From positions 248,001 to 312,000 of the forward strand of contig JADEYG010000007.1 of the NCBI GenBank assembly GCA_016906335.1: DNA of 64,000 bases. Reading direction: 5' to 3'. The notes below the pieces were generated by a model. That model was not told where the DNA came from. It ran no database searches and saw nothing but the letters and a program-made list of their open reading frames with translations. The stretch's first letter is position 1. Each line of letters starts with the position of its first letter. The translations under genes were made by a program, and so were the position numbers. Shown piece by piece: positions 13,815-25,823 of the stretch. Source of the stretch: Novakomyces olei. Taxonomy: Eukaryota.

Positions 13815-14131
13815 AAAGCAGATTGGTATATATTTGTTCAATGGTGCTTGGGCGGATCTTTTATTACTGTTTTTTTATCCATTGTATACTCGTTATTTGC
13901 TTGCTGTTTATACTTTTTTGTTATTGGCTCTTTTTAATTTACTATTGTTTATTTTGCGTTTTTAGCTTTTTTATTTTATCTAGTTTATTTTTGGGGCTTT
14001 AAACGTATGAATTTCGGCTTGTATTACTGTTGTTTTTTCAATGTTCACAGTCTTGAATCATTCGTTTTACTTGACGGATGAGTTTACAACGTCTCAGGAC
14101 ACATATATATTAATATAGACATCAAAGAATC

Positions 14132-15088
14132 CTACTTCTCAACTGCCCGCATGTAATCCAGATCGCCTTGCTCCTTTTTGAGGCCATCAAACGGATACTG
14201 CTTTGGAACGGCAGGACGTTCTGGAGCCGTCAAGCCAAACAGAAAGAAAAGGCCGCCTGCTACTGTGACTAACACGGCCTGTGCCTTCCAACTATCCTTA
14301 TACGTCATTCGCGGAGGCAACTTTAGGTTTGGCGCAAACATGCCCAAAATATCGTGTTGCTCATGTAGCTAAATATTAGATAGTGACCACCAAAAAAACA
14401 AAAACAAAAACAAAACCAAATCAAGGTACGTACAGCCTCGCCAAAGTTACGTCGTTGTTGAGGGTCGTCCCAGCCTCCAGCAATCTTTGCAGGCCGCAGT
14501 TGGCGCGAGTCTTTAAGAGTTTCTTCAAAGTTAGTTAAGCAAGACACAAGTCGTAATGAAAAGAGTACCATCGAGCGTGTTGGCGGACAGCTTGACCGGC
14601 GTATGTGAGGCTGCCACGTTGAGAGCCTCCTCAGCGGTAAGACTTGCTCCGACTTGAATAGACCGGAGATCCGGGTACTCTTCAAACAAAGTGCGCAGGG
14701 CCACAAAGGTCTCAATCGGCAGCTCGCTCGACTCTGGTGTGTCCTCAAACCCACGAGAAGCCACTAAAACAAACTTTGGATCGGTCTTTATTGTCTCGAA
14801 AATATGGGCGAAAAACTCGGGATTGTCTTCCATGATAGAGTCATAAAGCTCCTCATCATCAACCTGCCCATGCTTCCCAACAATTTCCAGGTTCACTGCC
14901 AGCTGCTGAGTCTGCTCAGCTTCCTCCGGAAGCGCAGCAACCGATGCCCACCGCGCCTGCTTGCCGACGGCAGTGACGGCTGCTGCTTTCAGCGGCGATC
15001 GCAGATGCGCAGACGCAATTGGTCTGATAGCAGACAAAGGCCGCGCGGCCGCCGTCGTCCGGAGACTACGCAATCCCCACCGAAGCAT
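14132..15088 (-). CDS. Complex I accessory subunit NDUFB8 (ASHI) with an unusually long N-terminal region
   Basis: Exons 15088-14569, 14522-14434 and 14368-14132 (281 aa). WDDPQQRRNFGEALHEQHDILGMFAP, one TM helix and PAVPKQYPFDGL are NDUFB8 hallmarks; Arg/Ala-rich presequence. Confidence 0.85.
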
Positions 15089-15266
15089 TGTACGGGAATT
15101 GGCTCGAGTTTACACGCTTTGGTAGTATTTTGTATGGTACTAAACTGCAGTATTCTTATAGGTCCTCTATTCTTATACGTCCCTCCGTTACTATGGCCCG
15201 CCAACCCAACAATTTGTATAATATTCGCACTTGATCCTATATTCTCCCTTTTTATACGCCTGTCTC

Positions 15267-15331
15267 GTACAATAAATGTGCAAATATAATAAATGTGCAG
15301 TACAATAAATGTGTAGTACAATAAATGTGCA
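15267..15331. repeat. About 16-nt tandem repeat (TACAATAAATGTGCAG-like) x4 in the NDUFB8/SWR1 divergent promoter
   Basis: Four near-identical AATAAATGTG cores. Confidence 0.85.
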
Positions 15332-15685
15332 AGTAAGCGCAGCTTTATAAAATTCAAGTATACAAGCGAGCCTAAAGTAAGTGAGTGAGTGGTGCGCGAG
15401 TTGGCGGTGGAATACTAATTATTAGTTTTGCGCCAAAAAACACGTACGTATTATTTTATTATGGATTTTCTAAAACTAAACCTTCGGTGGAAAAAGTCGG
15501 TTTGTAAACTTTAAGGCTGATTTTCGTCGCGTACAAAGCCGTGACAGCCACAAGACCAAGTGTATCGTGCTTCTGAAGCTAGCGGGCTTTCGGATATACC
15601 GTTGTTTTGATGTTTTTATTAGTTTTGCAAAAGTTACCGTGAGGTGTTCGCGTGGCTGCCTTAGCGACCCATCCGTGTAGCCTGT

Positions 15686-18600
15686 ATGGCGGATACTGCG
15701 CACTCATGGATGCCGTCAGCGGCACGAAAACGCCGGAAATTAGCTCTGCCACAAGAGTCACAAGCGCACGGCGATAATGGTACAGGTGCAGATGGTCGAG
15801 CAAGCGCTGCGGCCGACGATCCGGGTCTGGCCAAGAAGCAACAGGCTTTAGAGGATATTGTCGATGGGCACGACGACCGTGTGCGGAAGCTTTTTTATTT
15901 AGAAAATTGCAAGTCACTGGCCGACTACAATCCGCAAACTGCACAGGCTGATGATAGCGTAGAGTTTGAACAGGTACTATTTCTACATTTTTTTATTCTC
16001 GCCTCTAATCCATCCATCATTTATTACAAAATCTTAATTTTGCGAAATGTTCCTGTTCATTTGATCCGCTTTGTTCGTTTAATTCGTCATTCAGTTTTGT
16101 ATTTTTATTTTAATTATTTTAATTATTTTAATTATTTTATTTTATGTCATTTTATTTATTTATTCGTTTTTGTACGTTATTCTTTCTCCTTGTTTTTCTT
16201 CTTTTTCTTGCTAATTCCTAGTTTCGTGAGAAATATGATTTATGGTCAAAGTTGCCGACTGATATAGCCGACAAAGTTCCGGATTCCATAAGAAAAGAAG
16301 AAAAAGATAGGCGGAATAGCACGTATACGAACGGTACTGCTCACGTCGGCAGTAGCGAGGGTTCCTCAGAGCAAACGAGTAATGTCGACCAAACCAGCGC
16401 GCACTCTACCAGCGTGAACGTCTCACAAATAAAGTTCAAAATTTTGCGAAAGCCAAAACCTTCGCCATTCACAAATGATCAACAAGTTCTGCCTTCACCA
16501 GAATACCCAAGCCTTGAGAACTGGTTGGGCACGTTTACTTATTTTGATGGTGACGATGAAGTGACGCCTGAGAAAAGAGTAAAATTAATTGAGCGAGGTC
16601 GGGGAATTCGTCGGGAGATAGAGCAAAGAAGGCAGAATGGTGGGCTTGATCCGTCAAATTTACACCAGATCACAAGATCACAAGAGCCGCCCGTGCAAGA
16701 GTCGCATGGTGACCATTTGGCAGCACAAGCTGTGTATTTTTCCAAGCTGGTCGCACATGAGCGCCGTTCAAATTTATCTCGAGCAAGAAAAATATCGGCA
16801 ATGATTCAGACTCATTTCAATCGGCAAAAAGGTGCAAGTGCCAAGGAGAGGCAAGCTGAAGAGCGCCGAATCAGGTCATTAGCAAAAAGAACAGCTGGTC
16901 TGGTCAAACAAAAATGGAAGCTGGTTGAAAGAGAAATTATTCGTCGCAGAGAAGAAGCCATTGCCGAGGAAAACAGGCGTGCTGGTAAAATCCAGCTTGA
17001 TCAAATCCTGGAAAACTCTTCACGGCTAATGAGTTCGGGCCGTGGACGGTCATCTTCAGCCTCAGCTACGCCAAACGGAATTGAAAATGCAGCTGGGCCA
17101 CAGGACGGTGACATGGCCGAGTACCTGCGCAATACTAGTGACTCTGAATTAACGGTTGATCAATTAAAGCTAAAGTATTCTGGTGTGTTTGGAGAAGGTC
17201 CTGAAAATGGTGTGGCTGAAACAGAGGCAGATGAACTTCATTCTAACGTGGACGGCGAGCAGGACAGCAGCAATAGTGGAGAGTCAGATGTGGGTTCAGA
17301 CTCTGAAGAATCTGTGACATCTGAGGAAAGTGGGCCCGGAATAATGGGATTTTTAGGCAAAAGTGTAGCGCAAGAATTAAAAGCCAGGGCAAAGGAAATA
17401 GCGGACTCTACTGAATTGAATAATGGCACTCAAAACTTGCCTCGACCTCTACCAGAACTGGAAGAGGTCCCCTTTTCCGAGGACGAAGATGATGATGAGC
17501 CAATGGATTCGGAGAACGAAGATGCTGACGAGGAAGCAGAAGACGAAGAAGAAGCAGAAGATAGTGATGTTCGGATCAAGGACAGCCTTGAAGATGTTGA
17601 CAGTGAAATAGAAAAGGACGGGGAGGAGGAGTCTGATACCGATGAGCCAATGGACTCTGAGCTAGATTCTGATGGCATTGCAGAAACTGCAAGTGAAGAT
17701 GAGGAGTCTGATGAAGGTAATACGCTTGCTGGGTTTTACGCCTCATATTTTCCAGAAAAATCTCGAGCTGCCGCCGCCAAGTCTGCAACGGCAGACCAGA
17801 GCTTGTCTTTTGTCAAGCAGCAGTTGGACGATACCGGTGAAGATGAAAAGGATGAGAAACTCATCAGTGCTGGCCAATCCGATCGCGCTAAAAAGACAGG
17901 GGACTTGAACAAACCGGCCATGATCGGCCTGGCGCATGAGGCCGATAAGGAGAATAAAGCCGATAATGATGAGGAAGCAGGTAAAGAGGAGAAGACGGAT
18001 AAAAACGAGGAGGCGGATAGAGACAGTGACGCTGATGTGCAGCATAAAGTACATGATCGTGTAGCTCCCAGCTTACCTCCTCCAGCACTACTCCGAGCCA
18101 AGCTTCGGGAGTACCAGCAAATTGGTTTTGAATGGTTAGCGGGCCTTTACAATTCAAACACGAATGGTATCCTGGCTGATGAGATGGGACTAGGCAAGAC
18201 GGTACAGACAATTGCCCTGCTTGCTTATTTGGCGTGTTCAAAAGGTAATTGGGGCCCGCATCTGGTAGTTGTGCCCACCAGTGTAATTCTGAACTGGGAG
18301 ATGGAGTTCAAAAAATTTTTGCCCGGATTCAAAATACTCACGTACTATGGAAACCCTCAGCAACGTCGGGAAAAGCGTCGAGGCTGGAACAAACCGGACA
18401 CGTGGCACGTTTGCATAACCTCATATCAACTAGTACTGCAAGACCAACAGGCCTTTAAACGGAAACGGTGGGAGTACATGGTCTTGGACGAGGCACATAA
18501 TATAAAGAACTTCAAGTCGCAAAGGTGGCAAACCCTGTTGAACTTTAATACTGAGCACAGACTGCTACTGACGGGGACTCCCTTGCAAAATAATTTGATT

Positions 18601-20658
18601 GAACTCTGGTCGCTGCTATACTTTCTTATGCCTCATGGTCTGTCAGAGTCAATGGCTGGATTTGCTCAGCTCAAAGACTTTCAAGAATGGTTCTCCCGGC
18701 CAGTTGATCAGCTGGTTGAGCAGGGAACGCAGATGGTGGACAACGAGGCGAGACACACCGTCTCTAAACTGCACCAGATTCTCCGACCCTATATTTTGAG
18801 GCGGTTAAAGGCAGACGTGGAAAAGCAGATGCCGGCAAAGTACGAGCATGTTGTATACTGCCGTCTTTCAAAGCGGCAGCGATACTTGTACGACGATTTC
18901 ATGTCTCGTGCACAAACCCGTGCGACACTGGCCTCTGGAAATTTTATGAGTATAATTAACTGCCTTATGCAACTTCGTAAAGTATGTAATCACCCTGACC
19001 TGTTTGAGGAGCGGCCGATTGTTACGTCTCTAGCCCTCCGTGATCCGGTCTCCAGTGCTTTTGCTTTGCAGTCGCAGATTGTACATAAAAGGCTGCTGGA
19101 ACTTTTACCTTTTGCCTTTGTCGATTTGAAATTGCAGGGTTTCGTCTTTACCGGGTTTGAGCAGCAAACTGCCGCTCTGGCTGATGACCTTTTACGACTA
19201 AGATCACGAGCACCAGGGCTAGAGGCCTCACAGATCCTTGTTGACCAAGCAATCTTGAAAGCCGCCCCGGACTATGCCAGCCTGCCTGCGTACAGTGCAT
19301 ATGCTAAAGAACGCTCGAAGCTATCAAACTTGGAGGCACTGAAGAATATACAGTACATTTCCGACCGTCGTTGCCAGGAGGTCCCGATTTATGGTTCGGG
19401 TCTTCTGCAGTTGCTACGTTCGTGTACAGCTGAGAGATCTAGGCAGTTTTACGGCAGCGGTAGAGGGGGTTCTTGTTCTTTTCCTCCTTCTTTCACTTCT
19501 CCTTCCTCCTTTTCCCCGCCTTTATCCCCTGTCCTGGACACTGGTAATGCCCTTCGTGAGGCTGTTAAATCTTTTACTGAACGTGCGGCAATGGAGGCTT
19601 CGCAAATCGAAAAATTTGCTTGCATTACCCCCAAAGTCGTGTGCACAAGGCTGCCCGATCTCGAACTGCCTGGCCTTCGTCGCAAGGTTAGGGACAATCC
19701 TGCTTTGGCTTCAGCTGGTGTGTTATTCCACGAATCGAGCACAAGATTGTCCATTGCCTTCCCGGACAAACGGCTACTGCAGTACGACTGTGGCAAGTTA
19801 CAGAAGCTGCACACTCTTCTTCAAGATCTGATAAGTGGAGGGCATCGTGCCTTGATATTCACCCAAATGACACGAATGTTGGACGTTCTTGAACGGTTTT
19901 TGAACATCCACGGAATCCGTTATATGCGTCTGGATGGGGCCACTAAAATCGAGCAAAGGCAGGTGTTGACAGAGCGGTTTAACCGTGACCCTAGGGTCTC
20001 GGTTTTCATTCTCTCCACCCGGTCCGGCGGCCTTGGTATAAACCTGACTGGGGCCGACACCGTCATCTTTTACGATAGTGATTGGAACCCATGTATGGAC
20101 CGTCAGTGCCAGGACAGATGCCATCGTATCGGCCAGACCAGGGATGTGCATATATACCGGCTGGTCAGTGAGTACACAATCGAAGAAAACATTGTGAAAA
20201 AGGCGGCTCGCAAATCCCGACTGGACGATGTTGTTATTGGAGAGGGCGATTTTACCAGCGATTATTTCAACAAGTCTGATATTAAGGAGATGTTTGGCGA
20301 TGTGGCAAAGTTTAAGGACGACGATGATGACGAGGGCAAAGTCAATGCTCAGGGAACTGGTAAAAGAGCAGCTGGTACTCGGGGCCGAGAAGTGGAACAG
20401 GCTCTTATGGCCGCTGAAGATGCAGACGATGCAGCAGCTGCCCAGCAAGCTCAGCATGAGATTGATGAGGAAGTCGCGGATTATAGACAGGACGAACGCA
20501 GTGCCAGTCCCGCCGTACTAAGGCCTCCACAGGAACAGGGGACTGGGTATACGTACGATGCAGAAGAGGCTAATTCCGATGATGAGCAAGAGCCGGGGCA
20601 TATTGACGATTACATGCTACGGTTCTGCGAGACTTTTGGACTCAGCTCGGAGTGGTAA
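15686..20658 (+). CDS. SWR1: SWR1 chromatin-remodelling ATPase
   Basis: HSA region, acidic tract, GILADEMGLGKT, DEAH box, split ATPase with insertion, FPDKRLLQYDCGKLQ; one long T-rich intron 15974-16221. Confidence 0.96.
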
Positions 20659-21019
20659 CGGTTTACAATGACGCGTCTTGTGGAGATACACTTGTATAAT
20701 AATAGATTACGGTTTACTCGCCTTGTTGAATTACACGTCATAGTTGTAGTAGTTGTAAACGAAGAGTATCTACGGTGCCGCGTCTGGGCCCTGCGCCGCC
20801 CTTTAGCCGCTCAGGTATCTTTTAATGAGCATACTCGTAAAGTCTGCGAGAAGCGATATACCGCCATATATTAAATTATATTTTCTATGCAAAAAGGAAA
20901 ACAATTCAAGCGACTAGTGCAATTGAGCCATACAAATATATTCGTTACGCCCAACGTTATTGCATTACGTGAATCGGTATATGCAGAACAGCATCATGAA
21001 GCAAATTGTACAATCACGT

Positions 21020-21407
21020 TTAATGGGCTACAGAACCGCCCTGAGAAATGTTCTTCTCTGCCCACCGTTTAGGGCTGTGTTTTGTCTCCTCCACTTTTCC
21101 TTGAGTAAGAATAGTCTTTATTGCAGACTCCACATCCCTTGTGCCAAATTCATTCTGCGCATGTTAGCGACATACAATGCAATGTTAATCATACCTCTAA
21201 TTCAGCACGGGACGCAGTCTCCAGTGTCCCCTGTGCGCCATGACGGTGCGTGGTAAAGATCTGGAAAGAATCCACTACTTGGGCAAGCGGCACACTAGAA
21301 TCTTTGGTCCATTTGTGGTACTCGTCCAATCCCTCCAGAAAGACAATGAAATCGTCCGTCGTACCACTGTAGTGTGCTTTGGTCTGGAATCCCTCACGTG
21401 ACGGCAT
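21020..21407 (-). CDS. RTC3: SBDS-N-domain protein Rtc3-like
   Basis: DDFIVF...WTKDSSVPLAQVVDSFQIF...GAQGTLETASRAELENEFGT...ILTQG; one 40-nt intron. Confidence 0.85.
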
Positions 21408-21484
21408 GAAGAAAGTTCAATGGCTCTGTATACTGGTAAGCTTCAGGCTCCGGGGAAATTGGTCGTCTTTTATGCAATAGTACT

Positions 21485-21494
21485 GTGACGTCAC
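21485..21494. promoter_or_regulatory. Perfect CRE palindrome GTGACGTCAC upstream of RTC3 (ATF/CREB bZIP site candidate)
   Basis: TGACGTCA about 80 nt upstream of the RTC3 ATG. Confidence 0.5.
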
Positions 21495-21917
21495 TCATCG
21501 AATATTCCCGTACTTTTGTGGAGTCGGACGATAACGTGTTTTAACGGGTTCGCTAAATTATATGAAATATTATGTGACTCCGCGTTAGTCTAATAATGTT
21601 TTCTGTCACGAGTTATCTTGCTGTCTTGACGCTTACGTGTCTAACGCTATAGATTATTTATCTTTATCTGATCCCTAACGAATCATATTGACTTGTAGAG
21701 GGCACAAATAGGCCTGTTTGACAGTCTAAAGCGTGTATAAAGTCGAGCGATCTCCATCATTACTCCCAATAGATTGCCTTTGCTTTAAAGGCGAATTTGT
21801 GATCGTAATCAGTGCAGCAAAACCGTTCAATGTCTGTGTTTAGGATAAAATCTCAGAGTTGAAGCCATACAGTACCTAATATTATTTCTATCGAGGTATC
21901 ATATCGTACACCAAAAC

Positions 21918-22701
21918 ATGGCAGCAGAGTCTCCTTGGATAGAGGCAGGCCCACGCTCGGTAGATGTGCCACGTGACTTGACACGTACGGCGCTGCCAGA
22001 GCTTACGCATCTACGGAATACTATTGAAACAGAACTGGACCGTTTACACGCGATACTCGTCGAGGTAGATTTCTGTATTGGCAAAATCGCTTACTTATCC
22101 AGAATAAAGCGACTATGAGCGAGTCTGTCATTGACGCAGAGGGCTTTCCACGTAGCGATATCGATGTTGCTTATGGTACTAATTTTCCCTTTAAAATTCG
22201 ATGCATGCGTGTCTGACTTTAGTACGCCAAATTCGGAGCCAATTTGTGAGATTGCAAAATGATCTCAAGTCTGTGTCAGATGCTATTGAATCGCGGGTAA
22301 TGGCTTATTTTTCTCTGCCAGAAGAGCGGCGACCGCATTTTGATAAAGAAGCCTTTTATCGGCCGCAAAAGCCTAAACCTTTTGGCGTAGTCCGTACAGT
22401 CGAGAGCAATAGTCCCGCAGAACAAGCTGGATTGAGGCCCGGAGATTTGATTGCTCGGTTTGGTACAGTGAGCAGCACTACGCATAGCTCATTACAGGCA
22501 GTAGGGCAGTATGTGCAGGCACGGGAGAATGTAGGTTGCAATACTTTTGGCTATTGCTAACGCGTATAGCGAACTATTGCTGTACAGCTTCTAAGGGACG
22601 TTAGCGTGAAATGGGTCACACTAATACCACGGGCGAGCTGGGGCGGACGCGGGTTGGTAGGCTGTCATATTATACCGTACGTTACGAATGGACATGCTTA
22701 G
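21918..22701 (+). CDS. NAS2: Proteasome assembly chaperone Nas2/PSMD9
   Basis: IDAEGFPRSDIDV, LQNDLK, PDZ (SPAEQAGLRPGD), WGGRGLVGCHI; three introns. Confidence 0.9.
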
Positions 22702-22782
22702 CATCTAAAATATCCCAATGAATGAAAGCATTATGAAGCAGCAGGTTTCTCGCACACAAAACCATAGAGAATATTTTAATTA

Positions 22783-22798
22783 GGATTAGTTAGGGTTA
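22783..22798 (+). promoter_or_regulatory. Telomere-like element GGATTAGTTAGGGTTA upstream of RHO3
   Basis: Matches the motif recurring at 33461, 36066 and 41555. Confidence 0.5.
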
Positions 22799-23073
22799 AC
22801 TCCCGAGATTCAGGATGGGAACATCTGAATTTATACAAGCATCAGGACAGTTTATAAACAAGGGTAAAATTGTATGATAATACATTTGTAAACTATAGAG
22901 TAAATATATATTATTTGTATATGTTGTTTGTCGTATTTACACACCAATACAACAGATCAAACGAGCCCAGCAGTACGGACTTTAAGCTAACTCGCTCCTA
23001 TTTACTGTCGCGCGCTTTCGTTTTCCAGACGTTGTGGGTGGGATCTCTCTAGTGTTTTACGCGCACAGAAACC

Positions 23074-23823
23074 ATGAATTGTTTCGGACCCAAAAAGACC
23101 AAAGCTATCTATCGGAAACTCGTGATTCTTGGAGACGGTAGGGTCACTTTATACTACTGCCCTGTACAGATCAACGCTTACTTTTCCACAGGTGCTTGCG
23201 GTAAAACGAGCTTGCTCAACGTCTTTACACGCGGTTATTTCCCGCAGGTTTATGAACCGACCGTGTAAGACGCAACAGACCCTTCCTCTGTTAATAAACT
23301 ATAGGTTTGAAAACTACCTGCACGACATCTTTATCGATGGCCAACAAATGGAGCTTTCACTTTGGGACACGGCGGGTATACTTTGTGCTTGGCGTTTGCT
23401 CTAACCCGGACAGGACAGGAAGAATTCGATCGGCTACGGTCGCTCTCATACTCGGACACCCATGTTATTATGCTATGTTTTAGTATAGATTCTCCCGCCA
23501 CTCTTGAAAACGTGCAGACTAAATGGACCGCTGAGATTGCAGCACACTGTGAGGGTGTGAAGCTTATACTGGTGGCCCTAAAATGTGATTTGCGAGAGGC
23601 GCAAGATGAAGACGCGCCGCGCGGAATCATCGGCTACGAGGAAGGTGTCGCGGTAGCCAAAGCCATCGGCGCGGTACGGTACCTTGAGTGCTCTGCGAAA
23701 CACAACCGTGGTGTAAATGAAGCATTTACGGAAGCTGCAAGAGTAGCAATACAGGCAAAACCAAAGGGTGCATCAGAAGAAACGGAAAAGGAATCGTCCG
23801 GCTCAGGTTGCACGGTTATGTGA
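23074..23823 (+). CDS. RHO3: Rho family GTPase Rho3
   Basis: [58 protein letters not shown] CTVM; three introns. Confidence 0.95.
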
Positions 23824-24461
23824 AAGAAATAGCTCTATACAATACTTTTATTAAGATTCATTATTTTTATTTGCTAGTTGCACGTTTTTGTCGTCCTTAC
23901 TTTACGTCCTTTTTCAGTTTGCGTTATCCTATGGTTGGTCAAATTACAAGCCATGTTGGGTGTCATTATCCTTTTGCTCAGGCTGCGTCTACTGTGTATA
24001 AGAGCAAATTTGTTTTTGCTGCCTTTATTGTCCGAGTTTCTCTTTTGAATTATTAATACCGTGAAGTTTTCCCAATTGCTCCTTTCGCTGTACATGTGAT
24101 TGTCTTATTTCTTTGTTTCTCGTCAAAAGAGTTTCAACTATTTAAACCTCTTTAAGAGTCACAATATTTCATTGAGGGCCATGTTTTCAGCATAAGCAAC
24201 TACACCTTGCCCTTTTGGGAGGACAGAAATTATTTGAAAAGTCGTAGGAAATCAATATACAAAATTCAAAATGGTGTATGCGCTCTACGAACGATTGCTC
24301 TAGTAGTGTCTGCCAAAGAAATGAACGGAATTTTATGCTGCGAAAACATAATAAAGCAGCGTATCGGCTTTGAAAGTTGAGACCATATATTAATTTATAT
24401 TCTGTCAAAATACTTTACATAGACTTGTCACAACAAGCGTTATACCGAATTTTAATATCGC

Positions 24462-24581
24462 AATTTAATATTATAATTTAATATTATAATTTAATATTAT
24501 AATTTAATATTATAATTTAATATTATAATTTAATATTATAATTTAATATTATAATTTAATATTAAATTTAATATTATAATT
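24462..24581. repeat. 13-nt tandem repeat (AATTTAATATTAT) x about 9
   Basis: Pure AT array ending about 60 nt before the TPR gene ATG. Confidence 0.93.
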
Positions 24582-24640
24582 CAACAGGAAATAATATAAA
24601 TCAGCATGTCTGTTCTCCACTTTGATACCCCAATTTTCGT

Positions 24641-25747
24641 ATGGACATCAAGTTAAAAGGCAACGAGAAATTCGGTCGTGGTGACTTTAAAGAAGCGCTT
24701 GCGCTTTACGAAAAAGCAGACCAGCTCCTTCCAAATGGTATTATTTCATTATAAAACCATTCACATTTCAGCATCAGCTTCTTCCATTATTAACGCAGAC
24801 AGACGCCGTTGTGAAATCCAATGCGGCTATGGCCTGTCTCAAACTGCACGAGTACGCGTTTTGCTTCCATTAAAAGATTCGATTATGTCCAAATCTAACA
24901 GCACTTTATTCGTATAGATGGCGGCAAGCCAAGGACTGGGCGACCAGGGCAATTGCACTTGACTCGCGACACACAAAGTCTTATTACAGACGAGGATTGG
25001 CGAACGAACAATTGGGCCATTTAGGTCTCGCAGCCGAGGGTAAATATTTTGTGCTGTATTGTCGATTGACTGTAAAGATTTCAGCACAGTTTTGCAACAA
25101 GATCCTGGAAACAAGGACGCTCAGGCCGAACTGGAGCGGTTACGCCAAAAAGTATGCACAGATTTCCAATTAAACTTACCCAGCAGAGTCCAGTCAACGC
25201 GGTGACCCCGTCGGGGACTCGTGTAATAAAGATTGAAAAAGTGGCAACGTTGCCAGAGCAATATGAGAAGCTGGTGAATGGTCCAGTCCGTCCGCCAACG
25301 GAGACCCTCAGAGCCGTCTCCCTGTCACGGGACACTCCGGACTTGGTCTTTGAGCAGCCGCGGGATCCAGTACGGTTAGCCGCACTGGCGCGTGAAAGAC
25401 CTATAAAAAGTTTGTCAAGGGCAATGGCAATAGTGTCTGTACGTCCAGAGGACTTGATGGCCTGGTTCGGTGACGGCTCCAAGGCAGGAATAGAAGATTT
25501 CATACTTGAAGGCATACTTGAAGCTATTAACTTTGTGTTATGTGACCCTTCTGCAAGCGGGCGAGGGGACGAAACGGATATTGCGTTGCAGGCTTACAAG
25601 TTGCTCGATACTATTCCCTCCCTGCGAAGGTTTACAATTGCAAAGTATTGGGTCGAGCCCACTGTTTTACGGACAATATTTACCGCGCTAAAGAGCGTGT
25701 TGCCAGATCAATACGATACCTCCCACGTGCAGGCAAAATGGGACTGA
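24641..25747 (+). CDS. TPR co-chaperone with RPAP3-C-like C-terminus (RPAP3/SPAG1/Tah1 family)
   Basis: Four introns. TPR clamp MDIKLKGNEKFGRGDFKEALALYEKA...SNAAMACLKL...KSYYRRG; C-terminal helical domain (WFGD..IEDFILEGILEAI...LDTIPSLRRFTIA). Confidence 0.7.
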
Positions 25748-25823
25748 AAAAAGCACGAGATATACTGAATTGCAATCTACATTTGCATATATATAAATAT
25801 ATTGTTTATACATGTACGCTCCC

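Noticed and set aside
19798-20457. 219-aa antisense ORF and other long antisense or alternate-frame ORFs inside SWR1, USO1, RAD5, VMS1 and CHO2
   Set aside because: Shadows of well-conserved genes; no recognisable motifs.
24462-24581. CRISPR-like or transposon-end repeat
   Set aside because: Contiguous AT units with no spacers, TIRs or transposase; eukaryotic context.
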